Source of the DNA: an uncultured Actinomycetota bacterium
Lineage (GTDB): Bacteria > Actinomycetota > Actinomycetes > Mycobacteriales > QHCD01
Reading direction: 5' to 3'
Assembly: GCA_963828605.1 (NCBI GenBank)
Contig: CAWHER010000003.1
Location: 194,871 to 258,870 of the forward strand
Length of the DNA: 64,000 nucleotides
Positions within the stretch are counted from its first letter, which is position 1. The number at the start of each line of letters is the position of its first letter. Made by a program: the position numbers and the translations under genes. Under the pieces are notes generated by a model, which saw only the letters and a list, made by a program, of their open reading frames with translations, did not search any database and was not told the origin of the DNA. Below, one piece after another: positions 1 to 8,726 of the stretch.

Positions 1-1
1 C

Positions 2-295
2 GCCCAGAAGACGCAGCAGGGCATTGCGCAGGGTCAGGCCAAGCTCGACGAGATGCAGGCCAAGAAGCAGGCAGATGCGCTGCTTCGCGATGTGGGAGCG
101 ACCTACTACGCCGAACGGCGGCACGGCGGCAGCCACGACGCCGTCGAGGCGGCACTCGTCCGGGTCGACCAGCACGTGGCGATGAACGGCGCCCTCGACC
201 TGACGCCGACCGCGCAGTCCAGCGGGCCGCACCCGGGCACCGCCGGGCCCGGTCAGCCCGGCCCCAGCCAACCCGGCCCCACCGCCGACGGCTAG
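2..295 (+). CDS. hypothetical protein, C-terminal fragment (5' end outside window)
   Basis: The frame is open from the window edge (AQKTQQGIAQGQAKLDEMQAKKQADALL...) to TAG 293-295. It has a Gln/Lys-rich helical stretch followed by a Pro/Gly-rich tail. No family recognised. Confidence 0.35.
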   Translation, partial: AQKTQQGIAQGQAKLDEMQAKKQADALLRDVGATYYAERRHGGSHDAVEAALVRVDQHVAMNGALDLTPTAQSSGPHPGTAGPGQPGPSQPGPTADG

Positions 296-322
296 CCGGT
301 CAGGTCCGCGGCACCCGACCCA

Positions 323-876
323 TCAGGTGGAACTCCTCGTTCGGTGCCATCGCGGTCCATTGCGCCATCCGGTTGGACAGGGCGAACAACGCGGTGATCG
401 CGCCGACATCCCAGATCTCGTCGTCGTCCAGCCCCTGCTCACGGAGCCGGTCGAGGTCACCTTCGTCGACGGTCTGCGGCGCGCCGGCCAGCTTGACCGC
501 GACGTCGACGATCGCCCGCTCGGCGGGCCGGCAGGGCCGCCCGGCGGTAGTCGGTGGCCAGGTAGTCGGCGAGCAGCGGGTCCTTCGCCCGGATCCGCAG
601 CACCGCCCCGTGCGCGATCACGCAGTAGAGGCAGTCGTTCACGGCGCTCGTCGCCACGACGATCATCTCCCGCTCCGCCCGGCTCAATCCGTCGGCGCGG
701 TCCATCAGGGCGTCGTGGTAGGCCACGAAGGCGCGGAACTCCGCCGGCCGACGGGCGAGGACCAGGAAGACGTTCGGGACGAACCCGGTCTTCTCCTGGA
801 CGGCGACGATCCGCTCGCGGACGTCGTCGGGCAGATCCGCCAGATCTGGCACCCCGAATCGGCTCACGGCGACCAT
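323..876 (-). pseudogene. carboxymuconolactone decarboxylase / AhpD-like peroxidase-related enzyme, frameshifted
   Basis: The N-terminal two thirds lie in ORF 457..1122, from ATG 874-876 (MVAVSRFGVPDLADLPDDVRERI...EREMIVVATSAVNDCLYCVIAHGAVLR, with a CxxC motif). The C-terminus (AERAIVDVAVKLAGAPQTVDEGDLDRLREQGLDDDEIWDVGAITALFALSNRMAQWTAMAPNEEFHL*) continues in another frame ending at 323. The frame switch is at the GGG run 525-527. Confidence 0.7.
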
Positions 877-988
877 GCGGCCATCTTTGCAGAACCCGAA
901 CGCCGTACCGGGCCGGTGCACACACCGGTCGCCCACGATGATCTGGTCGGTCGGTGACAATGATCCGGCCCCGACGGAAGGACAGGCA

Positions 989-1477
989 ATGCTGCCGAAA
1001 AGGATCATCGCGACCGGTGTCGGCGCAGTCGTCGTCGCCGGCGGCGTGGCGGTGGGCGGCGTGGCGGCCGCAGACAGCGCGACGTCGAGCACCCACAGCT
1101 CGACGTCGTCCACGACGACCACCTCCTCGACCGGTACGACGTCCGCCAGGTCCGGCGCCCATCACCGCCGGCATCGCCTCGCCCGTCGCGCCCTGCACGG
1201 CGAGTTCGTCGTCCGGGGCAAGGGCGGCAAGGACGTCACCGTCGACATGGTGCGCGGAAAGGTGACCGCGGTGAGCCCCACCTCGATCACGATCGCCTCC
1301 CCGGACGGCTACTCCGCGACGTACACCGTCAGCTCGACCACCCGGGTGCACGTGCGCGGGGAGAAGGGGAAGAAGTCGATCAGCGTGGTCAAGACCGGCG
1401 ACCGGGTGGGCGCGTTCGGCGCGAAGACCGGCAGCACGGTCGGTGCGCGGGTGATCGTCGACCGCGGCGCCAAGTAA
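989..1477 (+). CDS. secreted or membrane-anchored hypothetical protein with Ser/Thr-rich linker
   Basis: ATG 989 is preceded by GGAAGGA. The protein has an N-terminal hydrophobic segment (IIATGVGAVVVAGGVAVGGVAAA), a poly-S/T linker and a beta-rich C-terminal domain (VTAVSPTSITIASPDGYSATYTVSSTTRVHV). The upstream part of ORF 875..1477 overlaps the divergent AhpD-like gene start and is probably not translated. Confidence 0.5.
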   Translation: MLPKRIIATGVGAVVVAGGVAVGGVAAADSATSSTHSSTSSTTTTSSTGTTSARSGAHHRRHRLARRALHGEFVVRGKGGKDVTVDMVRGKVTAVSPTSITIASPDGYSATYTVSSTTRVHVRGEKGKKSISVVKTGDRVGAFGAKTGSTVGARVIVDRGAK

Positions 1478-1558
1478 GACTGCCGAGCCAGTAAGACCGC
1501 CGAGCCGGTAAGACCGCGGAGCCGGTAAGACCGCGGAGCCGGTAAGAGGAAGCACCGG
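1475..1558 (+). repeat. 17-bp tandem repeat, about 5 units (TAAGACCGCSGAGCCGG)
   Basis: Units read directly at 1475-1491, 1492-1508, 1509-1525 and 1526-1542 (the last two identical), plus a degenerate unit at 1543-1558. The first unit starts with the TAA stop codon of the upstream gene. Confidence 0.9.
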
Positions 1559-1565
1559 ACCGGAG

Positions 1566-1595
1566 CCGGGCGACACTCCCGTCAGTGTCGCCCGG
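1566..1595. terminator. perfect 12-bp stem hairpin between convergent genes
   Basis: CCGGGCGACACT-cccgtc-AGTGTCGCCCGG. The loop contains the stop codon (1582-1584) of the minus-strand CDF gene. There is no clear T-tail (GC-rich I-shaped type). Confidence 0.55.
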
Positions 1596-2481
1596 CCTCG
1601 GGCCAGGGGTGCGCCCCGGCCTCGTGCTCGGTGTGCCCGGCCGGCTCGAGCTGGAAGGTGGAGTGCTCGACGTCGAAGTGGCCGGTGAGACAGGCTTGGA
1701 GGTGGTCGAGGACCTTCGGCGCCTCCCCGTTGGCGAAGCAGGCGTCGGCGACGACGATGTGCGCCGAGATCGCCGGCAGGTCGGAGGTGACGGTCCAGGC
1801 GTGCACGTCGTGGACCGCGGTGACCTCCGGCAGCTCGAGCAGGTGCTCGCGCAGCTCGGGCAGGTCGACGTTCTCCGGAGCGGCCTCCAGCAGCACCCGC
1901 CCGGACGCCCCCAGCAGCTGGGCGGCCGCCCGCACCATCAACCCCACCACGATCAGGGACGCGATCGAGTCGGCCCGGGAGAAGCCGGTCGCGAGGATCA
2001 CCGCACCGGCGATCGCGGTGCCGATGAAGCCGTAGAGATCGGTCAGGATGTGCTGGAAGGCGCCCTCGACGTTGAGCGACGAGCGGTTGGCCTTCGACAG
2101 CACCCAGGTCGCCGCGAGGTTGACCACCACCCCGAGGATGGCCACGAGCAGGACCGGCAGGCCGGCCACGGTCGGTGGGTGGATGAGCCGCTGGATCGCC
2201 TCGACGCCCAGTAGGGCGGCGACCACGAGCAGGGTGATCCCGTTGACCGCCGCCGAGAGGATCTCGACCCGCTTGAATCCGAACGTCCAGGCCCCCCGGG
2301 CCGGGCGGGCGGCCAGCACCGCCGCGAGGATCGACGCCCCGATCGCGAACGCGTCGGTGAGCATGTGTCCGGCGTCGGCCAGCAGGGCGAGGGAGTCGGA
2401 CAGGACGGCGACGACGACCTCGACCGCCATGAACCCGAGGATCAGCCCGAGCGCGATGCTCAGGTAGCGACGGTCAGCCAT
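1582..2481 (-). CDS. cation diffusion facilitator (CDF) family metal efflux transporter, CzcD/ZitB-like
   Basis: 299 aa. It has the typical CDF N-terminus (LSIALGLILGFMAVEVVVAVLSDSLALLADAGHMLTDAFA), six TM segments and a C-terminal cytoplasmic domain (VHDVHAWTVTSD...). It overlaps the upstream ArsR gene by 8 nt. Confidence 0.9.
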   Translation of the reverse strand: MADRRYLSIALGLILGFMAVEVVVAVLSDSLALLADAGHMLTDAFAIGASILAAVLAARPARGAWTFGFKRVEILSAAVNGITLLVVAALLGVEAIQRLIHPPTVAGLPVLLVAILGVVVNLAATWVLSKANRSSLNVEGAFQHILTDLYGFIGTAIAGAVILATGFSRADSIASLIVVGLMVRAAAQLLGASGRVLLEAAPENVDLPELREHLLELPEVTAVHDVHAWTVTSDLPAISAHIVVADACFANGEAPKVLDHLQACLTGHFDVEHSTFQLEPAGHTEHEAGAHPWPEAGRH

Positions 2482-2827
2482 GCCGTGACCTGTCCGCGTG
2501 TGCCGGGCCGGCGTGATCGGTGTGGGTCAGCGCGACGTCGAGCAGCAGCCGCACGTGCGCGTCGGCAAGCCGGTAGTAGGCCATCCGCCCGGCCCGCCGG
2601 ACCGCCACCACACCGTGGGCGCGCAGCAGCCCGAGGGCGTGCGAGGCGCTCGACTCACTCTGCCCGGCGGTCATGGCCAGGTCGCCCACGCACATCTCCT
2701 CGTCCCGAAGTGCGAGCAGCATCCGCAGCCGGCCCGGGTCGGCGAGCAGCCCGAAGACGTCGGCGAGGTCGAGCACCGCGTCCGGGCCAGGGGCCGCCCG
2801 ATCACGAACATGTGAACTGCTCTTCAC
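2474..2827 (-). CDS. ArsR/SmtB family metalloregulator
   Basis: Winged-HTH region LADPGRLRMLLALRDEEMCVGDLAMTAGQSESSASHALGLLRAHGVV. The C-terminal DAHVRLLLDVALTHTDH fits the alpha5 metal-site pattern DxHx10Hx2H. The listed start is GTG 2825-2827; an alternative GTG at 2776 is possible. Confidence 0.85.
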   Translation of the reverse strand: MKSSSHVRDRAAPGPDAVLDLADVFGLLADPGRLRMLLALRDEEMCVGDLAMTAGQSESSASHALGLLRAHGVVAVRRAGRMAYYRLADAHVRLLLDVALTHTDHAGPAHADRSRHG

Positions 2828-2830
2828 ATG
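2809..2830. promoter_or_regulatory. candidate ArsR/SmtB operator (8-6-8 perfect inverted repeat)
   Basis: CATGTGAA-ctgctc-TTCACATG straddles the annotated GTG start of the arsR-CDF operon. It contains TGAAC/TTCA half-sites of the kind used by SmtB/CzrA-type repressors. A TACCCT -10-like hexamer lies immediately upstream on the minus strand. Confidence 0.4.
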
Positions 2831-2875
2831 ATCAGGGTAACCCGCGCCGGCGCCGACCGCGGCCGGCCGGCGTGA

Positions 2876-4108
2876 CTAGCCGGCACTCCTGGCCGGCGGG
2901 CCGAGCTCCGGAGGCAGCGCCTGCAGTCGGCTCATCGTCGCCGGGGTCTGCTTCTCCATCCACCGCACCACGTCCCGGAACGGCACGCAGTAGGTGTTGG
3001 GCTTGCCGCAGGTCTTCTTGGCGAACGCCGCCAGCGCGTTGGTGTAGGCGTTGTTGTTCCAGGCCTCGAAGTGGTTGCCGAGGATCAGCGGCGCCCGGTT
3101 GCCCTGGTAGGCCGCGTTGTACATGTTCGTGTAGGTCTGCTCGACCTGCTTCGAATCCTGCTCCGACTTCGCCGGCGAGACGGTCTGGCTGACCTGCTCC
3201 TGGGTGTACCAGAAGTTGTAGTCCATCGTGATCTGGAAGTGATGGGTGCCGGCCAGCGGGAACTCCGGCATGCCCATCGCCCAGATCCCGTCCTGCTTGA
3301 CCGGCCAGCTCAGCCCGCGGCGGGTGAAGCTGGAGTCGTAGGAGAAGTTGTGGGCGCGCAGCGCGGGGTACAAGGCCTCCGGATGGCCCTCGAGGCACGG
3401 TGTGCGCTCGCCGCGGATGCTGTCGAGCGGCACATTCAGCGTCGGCGCCGCCGGCAACTGGTCGTCGGTCTTGTAGTGCCGGACGATCCCGAAGAACTGG
3501 TCGAGTTCGTCGTTCCAGTCCGCGGTGGACCAGTCGTTCCCGCCCGGCGGGTTGTCCGAGCAGAAATGGCCGAGGAAGTGGGTGCCGATCTCGTCACCGA
3601 CGCTCCAGGCGTAGTTGAGGTCCTTGACCTCCTGCTGCACCTCGGCCGGAGTGTTGAACGTGCCCAGCGAACTGTGTCCGCGCAGGTGCCCGGGGCCCTT
3701 GTAGACGTCCTTGTGGGCCTCGTCGACGAGATAGAGACCGGAGAGGAAGCCGGTGAAGCGCAGCGGCACCTGCTTGGCCACGTCGTGCCAGAACTGCCAC
3801 TTCTGCTGCCAGCCGACCCCGTCGAAGGACAGCACCACGAACTGCGGCGGCTTCGCGCCCGGTGCCAGCTTCTTCGGCGTGAAGAACGCATTCGGGTCGG
3901 CCGGGTTGGGGGCCTTCGGGGCCGTGGGTTTCGTGGTCTTCCGGCCCTTCCCGGTGCTCGGCGACGACGTCGCCTTGAGCTTGCCGGGCGACCCGCCGCC
4001 CGCCTGCGACTTCCCGGTCCCCTGGGTGCACGCCGCGACCACGGACAACGCCGCAATCGTCACGACTAGCCCACGCCAGCGGAGCTGATGAGTCCAGCGC
4101 TGCCCCAT
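2876..4108 (-). CDS. polysaccharide deacetylase family lipoprotein
   Basis: ATG 4106-4108 (MGQRWTHQLRWRGLVVTIAALSVVAAC, lipobox), followed by a Pro/Lys-rich linker. The NodB-like motifs are VVLSFDGVG and GTHFLGH. The ORF-track start at 4168 is probably too long. Confidence 0.7.
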   Translation of the reverse strand: MGQRWTHQLRWRGLVVTIAALSVVAACTQGTGKSQAGGGSPGKLKATSSPSTGKGRKTTKPTAPKAPNPADPNAFFTPKKLAPGAKPPQFVVLSFDGVGWQQKWQFWHDVAKQVPLRFTGFLSGLYLVDEAHKDVYKGPGHLRGHSSLGTFNTPAEVQQEVKDLNYAWSVGDEIGTHFLGHFCSDNPPGGNDWSTADWNDELDQFFGIVRHYKTDDQLPAAPTLNVPLDSIRGERTPCLEGHPEALYPALRAHNFSYDSSFTRRGLSWPVKQDGIWAMGMPEFPLAGTHHFQITMDYNFWYTQEQVSQTVSPAKSEQDSKQVEQTYTNMYNAAYQGNRAPLILGNHFEAWNNNAYTNALAAFAKKTCGKPNTYCVPFRDVVRWMEKQTPATMSRLQALPPELGPPARSAG

Positions 4109-4372
4109 CCGCCCACCCCCCAACTCCACAGTGCAGCGAGTACCTCTCTCGCGGTAACCGTTCCACATTCGGGCGGAAAAACCAGCACTTTGGCACCCGT
4201 CACGGATAATTACTGAACCGCCGGAAGATCAGGACCCCGAGGTACGACACCGGCCGTCCGGCGCGAATCGCATCCGGACCGGCACATCGGTGCCGTCTGT
4301 GGCGGATTCGGTACTCCACCGACGGCGGCCCTGGTGGGCCGCCGGTCAGGAGATCACAGACCTGGTCGGGGT

Positions 4373-6206
4373 TCAATCCCCGAGCCGGCGCTCCAAGGTG
4401 TCCAGCTCGTCCCGGAGCGAGGAGGGCAGCCGGTCGCCGAACTTGTCGAACCACTCGGCGATCATGCGGCAGCTCGGCCCGCCACTCGGCGGGGTCGACC
4501 GCGACGCGCCGCGGCGAGGTCCTCGTCGGTCACGTCGAGGCCCGTCGATGTCCAGCGCCCCGGGGGCGGGCACGAAGCCGATCGGCGGTCTCGACCGCCT
4601 CGGCGGTGCCCTCGATGCGCTCGATCGCCCACTTCAGCACCCGGCAGTTCTCGCCGAAGCCGGGCCAGAGGAAGTTGCCGTCGGCGTCCGCGCCGGAACC
4701 AGTTGACGTAGAAGATCCGGGGCAGCTTGGCGGCGTCGGTGCCGCTTGCCGATCTCGAGCCAGTGGCGTGAAGTAGTCGCCGCCGTGGTAGCCGATGAAC
4801 GGCAGCATGGCCATCGGGTCGCGGCGGACGACGCCGACCTGCGCCGGTCGCGGCGGCGGTGGTCTCGCTGGACAGCGTCGCGCCCATGAAGACGCCGTGC
4901 TGCCAGTCCCGGGCCTCGGTCACCAGCGGGACCGTCGTCTTGCGGCGGCCGCCGAAGAGGATCGCCGAGATCGGGACGCCGTCCGGGTCGTCGTACTCCG
5001 GAGCGATGATCGGGCACTGCCCGTCGGGGTGCAGAAGCGGCTGTTGGGGTGCGACGACGGCTCGTCGGAGTCCGGCGTCCAGTCCTGGCCCTTCCAGTCG
5101 GTCAGGTGCGCGGGCGGCTGCCCGGTCATGCCCTCCCACCAGACGTCGCCGTCGTCGGTGCAGGGCGACGTTGGTGAAGATCGAGTTGCCGCTGCTCGAT
5201 CGTCCGCATGGCGTTGGCGTTGGTCTCGTAGCCGGTGCCGGGGGCGACCCCGAAGAGGCCGTACTCGGGGTTGACGGCGTACAGCCGGCCGTCCTCGCCG
5301 AACCGCATCCAGGCGATGTCGTCGCCGATGGTCTCGACCCTCCAGCCCGGGATGGTCGGCTCGAGCATCGCCAGGTTGGTCTTGCCGCAGGCGCTGGGGA
5401 ACGCGGCGGCGATGTAGTGGACGGTGCCCGCGGGCGAGGTGAGCTTCAGGATCAGCATGTGCTCGGCGAGCCAGCCCTCGTCGCGCGCCATCACGCTGGC
5501 GATCCGCAGCGAGTAGCACTTCTTGCCCAGCAGCGCGTTGCCGCCGTACCCGGAGCCGTAGGACCAGATCGCCCGGTCCTCGGGGAAGTGCACGATGTAT
5601 TTCGTGTCGTTGCAGGGCCAGGCGACGTCGTCCTGGCCGGGCTCGAGCGGCGCGCCGACCGAGTGCAGGCAGGGCACCGAAGTCCGCGCCGGCGCCGATC
5701 TTCGCGCAGCGCCTGCGTCGCCCATCCGGGTCATGATGCGCATCGAGACGGCGACGTAGGCGGAGTCGGTGATCTCGACCCCGAACTTCGAGTGCTCGGC
5801 CTCGAGCGGGCCCATGCAGAACGGGATGACGTACATGGTCCGGCCGCGCATCGAGCCGCGGAACAGGCCGGTCAGGGTCCGCTTCATCTCCTCGGGGTCC
5901 CATCCAGTTGTTGGTCGGACCGGCGTCGGCCTCGTCACCGAGCAGATGAACGTGCGGTCCTCGACCCGGGCCACATCGGCCGGGTCGGAGGCGCACCAGA
6001 AGGAGTTCGGCTTCTTGCCCGGGTCGAGCCGGACGAAGGTGCCGGCCTCGACGAGCTCGTCGGTCAGCCGGTCCCACTCGGCGGCCGAACCGTCGACACC
6101 AGAGCACCCGGTCGGGCTCGGTGAGCTCGGCGATCTCCTGCACCCAGGCGAGCACTCCCTTGTCGCGGGTGGGCGCCGAATCGAGTCCAGGGACGGTCAC
6201 GGTCAT
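4373..6206 (-). pseudogene. pckG: phosphoenolpyruvate carboxykinase (GTP), heavily frameshifted
   Basis: The start is ATG 6204-6206 ([37 protein letters not shown]). The core is in ORF 5126..5974 ([28 protein letters not shown]..., [16 protein letters not shown] kinase-1a motif). The C-terminus IAEWFDKFGDRLPSSLRDELDTLERRLGD* ends at 4373. Recognisable PEPCK peptide segments hop among all three frames at least a dozen times. Confidence 0.9.
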
Positions 6207-6403
6207 CGTGCGAGCTCCTTCGCGGTCGTCATTGACTGCGTAACTCCGACCTGACCCCGGCCGGTCGGTGGCCGAGATCAGGAACTGCTGGAGATGCGCC
6301 GAGCCTAACGTGGGGACGGTGCAACGGGGTATCGAACGGGTCACACCGTGGCCGATATGTACCGATTCAGACACCCGATCGACCAGGCGTCCCCCGGCCT
6401 GAT

Positions 6404-6424
6404 GTAATTGGACAGTTACGTAAC
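6404..6424. promoter_or_regulatory. overlapping dyads upstream of an ArsR-family gene (candidate operator/promoter)
   Basis: An imperfect 16-bp palindrome GTAATTGGACAGTTAC (6404-6419) overlaps a perfect 10-bp palindrome GTTACGTAAC (6415-6424). The site lies 22 nt upstream of ATG 6446 and includes a TTGGAC -35-like hexamer. Confidence 0.3.
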
Positions 6425-6445
6425 CTTCTTGGTACACATAGCCCC

Positions 6446-6802
6446 ATGCAGGCGGCACTCGAAGCGTTGGCGGATCCGACCCGTCGGCGATTGGTCGAGC
6501 TGCTCGCTGCGGGCGAGCAGAGCGCCGGCGCGCTCGCGGCGGCGTTCGACATCAGCCGGCCCGGCATCTCGCGGCATCTGCGCGTGCTCCGTGAGGCCGG
6601 TCTGGTGCATGCCGAACCCCGCGGCCAACAGCGGGTCTACAGCCTGCGCACCGCGCCGCTGCGCGAACTCGACGGCTGGCTCGCCAGATACCGGCCGTTC
6701 TGGACGCAGCGACTCGACGCATTCGGGACCGAGGTCGCCCGGGGCCGCCGCCGTTCCCACCCGCCGACCGCTGCACCGACTCCGACCAAGGAGCCGCGAT
6801 GA
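6446..6802 (+). CDS. ArsR family transcriptional regulator (non-metal type)
   Basis: [47 protein letters not shown] winged HTH, with a C-terminal [11 protein letters not shown] segment typical of ArsR proteins paired with SRPBCC/AHSA1 genes. Confidence 0.85.
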   Translation: MQAALEALADPTRRRLVELLAAGEQSAGALAAAFDISRPGISRHLRVLREAGLVHAEPRGQQRVYSLRTAPLRELDGWLARYRPFWTQRLDAFGTEVARGRRRSHPPTAAPTPTKEPR

Positions 6803-6869
6803 CCCGCCACGGCCGCGCCACCTGACTCCTTCGCCATCCTGTGGTGACCGACGGCCGGGTCGTCGACCG

Positions 6870-7691
6870 CTACGCCGGGTCGTGCGCCCAGCCGAGCAGG
6901 AGCCCGGCCTTGCGGCAATCGAAGAAGCCCTTGGTGCCGTCGAGGTCGCCGACGACCGGAACGTCGGGGAAATACTTTTGGGCCAGCGCGAGCGATGGAG
7001 TCTCCGAGGTCGTCCGCGGCGCCACCACGTAGAAGGCCTCATGCCCGGTGAAGTCGGCGGACACGGCGAGCAGACAGGCCCGTGACGCGGCATCCAACGT
7101 CGTGTAACCCCACAACTGCCTGCTCTCGCCGTCGAACTGGCGGCCGCGGGCGGCGCCGGGAGCCGGAATGACGGCATGGAACCGCAGCGTCGAGATCGTC
7201 ATCGACTCGAACCGTCGGGCGAAGGAATCCGCCTGCTGCTCACAGATCCACTTCGACAGGCTGTACGCATCCTCGTTGTAGGTGGGGTGCTCCTCGTCGA
7301 CGGGGAAGTAGTCGTACCGGGGACTGCGGCTGTAATGGCCGCCGATCGCGTTGATGCTCGACGCGAGGCACACCTTCGAGATCCCGAGCCGGGCCGCCAC
7401 GCTCAGCGCGTTGTAGCTGCCGACGACGTTGTTGTGGTGCACCTCGTGGTCGGGACGACCGTTCGGCGAGGCGAAGGCGGCGAGATGGATGAGCGCGTCG
7501 CAGCCTCTTACCGCCTGCTCGAGGTCGTCGTAGGACGCCACATCCGCATCGACGTCGTCGAGTCGCGGATGGGATCGATCCGCGGTGGCCTCAGGCCGGT
7601 CTATCCCGACGACCGAGTGGTCCCCGCGCAGGGCGACATCGACCACCCCACGTCCCACCCGCCCGCGGGCCCCGGTAACCGCGATACGCAT
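6870..7691 (-). CDS. NAD-dependent epimerase/dehydratase family protein
   Basis: ATG 7689-7691 ([17 protein letters not shown] Rossmann motif) and the YSLSK catalytic motif. This is the intact C-terminal part of ORF 6870..8075. Confidence 0.8.
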   Translation of the reverse strand: MRIAVTGARGRVGRGVVDVALRGDHSVVGIDRPEATADRSHPRLDDVDADVASYDDLEQAVRGCDALIHLAAFASPNGRPDHEVHHNNVVGSYNALSVAARLGISKVCLASSINAIGGHYSRSPRYDYFPVDEEHPTYNEDAYSLSKWICEQQADSFARRFESMTISTLRFHAVIPAPGAARGRQFDGESRQLWGYTTLDAASRACLLAVSADFTGHEAFYVVAPRTTSETPSLALAQKYFPDVPVVGDLDGTKGFFDCRKAGLLLGWAHDPA

Positions 7692-8713
7692 GCCTCGCCG
7701 CTCTTCCGTTCGGAGGAGGACTCGCGTTCGCGGCGACCGCCGTAGACGGCCTGGCGCAGGCCGCGAATGTAGCCGATGGCGAACAGCCGGCCAAAGGCCG
7801 AATAGCCGGCGTGGTCGTTGTTGTCGCCTTCGACGGTCGGCACGTGATCGGGCCGCAGCACCCCGTCGAAACCGATGTCGCGATAGGCGCGCAGGCAGGC
7901 CAGCAGATCGGTCTGGCCGTCGTCGTGCCAGGTCTCCTCGAACTTCTCCGCGCGTGCCGCGCACGTCGCGGAAATGGACGAAGAAGATCTCCCTGGCCCG
8001 AACTGGCGGATGACCGCCGGGCAGGTCGTCGGTCATCAGGGTGAAGTTGCCCTGGCACAGCGTGATGCCGTTCATCTGGGCTGGCGACCAGGTCCGAGCA
8101 GCCGCTGGTAGTTGTCGATGCTGCGCATGATGCGCCCGACGCCGCGGATCGGCGAGAGCGGCGGGTCGTCCGGGTGCATGGCGAGCTTGACGTTCGGCCT
8201 TCCGCGACCGGCAGGACCCGCCTCAGGAAGTAGTCGAGATTCGCCCACAGTTCGTCCTCGCTGATCGGCCCGAGTTCGGGTCGGCGGCGCGCGTCGAGCA
8301 GGCTCTTGTCGAAGCTGGTCACCACCGAGCCGCCGCGCGAGGGGACGTCGGTGTTGGTGCGCAGCCAGTTGAAGTCGGTCATCCACTCGTAGCACCACAC
8401 CGGGATGCCGAGCCGGCCCATGTTCTCCAGCAGGGTGCACACGGTATCGATCTCCGCGTCGCGGCCGGGCAGACCCGCGCTTGGCCTTGTTCAGCGGCGG
8501 CCGCGCCTCGATGACGGCGAGCGAAAAGCCCGCCATCTCGTACTTCTGCTTCAGCCGCAGCAGGGGGAGGTAGTCCCACGGGCGCTCCCCCGGGGAGAGG
8601 TCGTGATCGCCGGGCAGCCCTCCGACGGCGTATCCCACGCCGGCCTGGCTCATCAACCGCCAGAGGTGTTGATGGGCCGGATCCGGCGGCAACATCTCGG
8701 CGATCTTGATCAA
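7601..8713 (-). pseudogene. uxuA: mannonate dehydratase (UxuA type), frameshifted
   Basis: TTG 8711-8713 follows GAGAGGGAG (LIKIAEMLPPDPAHQHLWRLMSQAGVGYAVGGLP...). Further pieces lie in other frames: [53 protein letters not shown], and [33 protein letters not shown]. At least three frame changes. The 3' end is uncertain. Confidence 0.7.
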
Positions 8714-8726
8714 GGTCTCCCTCTCA

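Noticed and set aside
323-1576. Very long ORFs antisense to, or overlapping, real genes. Examples are 323..1576(-), 15350..16921(-), 26694..28955(+), 42359..45223(+), the upstream part of 47828..49927(-), and 9884..11314(+).
   Set aside because: Their translations are Arg/Pro/Gly/Ala-rich low-complexity strings typical of off-frame reading in GC-rich DNA. Each overlaps a gene with clear family motifs in another frame or on the other strand.
4340-4392. tRNA-like 3' half. It has a GGGG-TTCAATC-CCCC T-arm-like hairpin followed by GCCGGCG, with a complementary CGCCGGT 40 nt upstream. It could be read as a tRNA fragment or att site.
   Set aside because: The span is only about 50 nt, with no D-arm or proper anticodon arm and no CCA or discriminator geometry. 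The sequence also encodes the conserved PEPCK C-terminus (ELDTLERRLGD*) on the minus strand. Coding constraint explains it.
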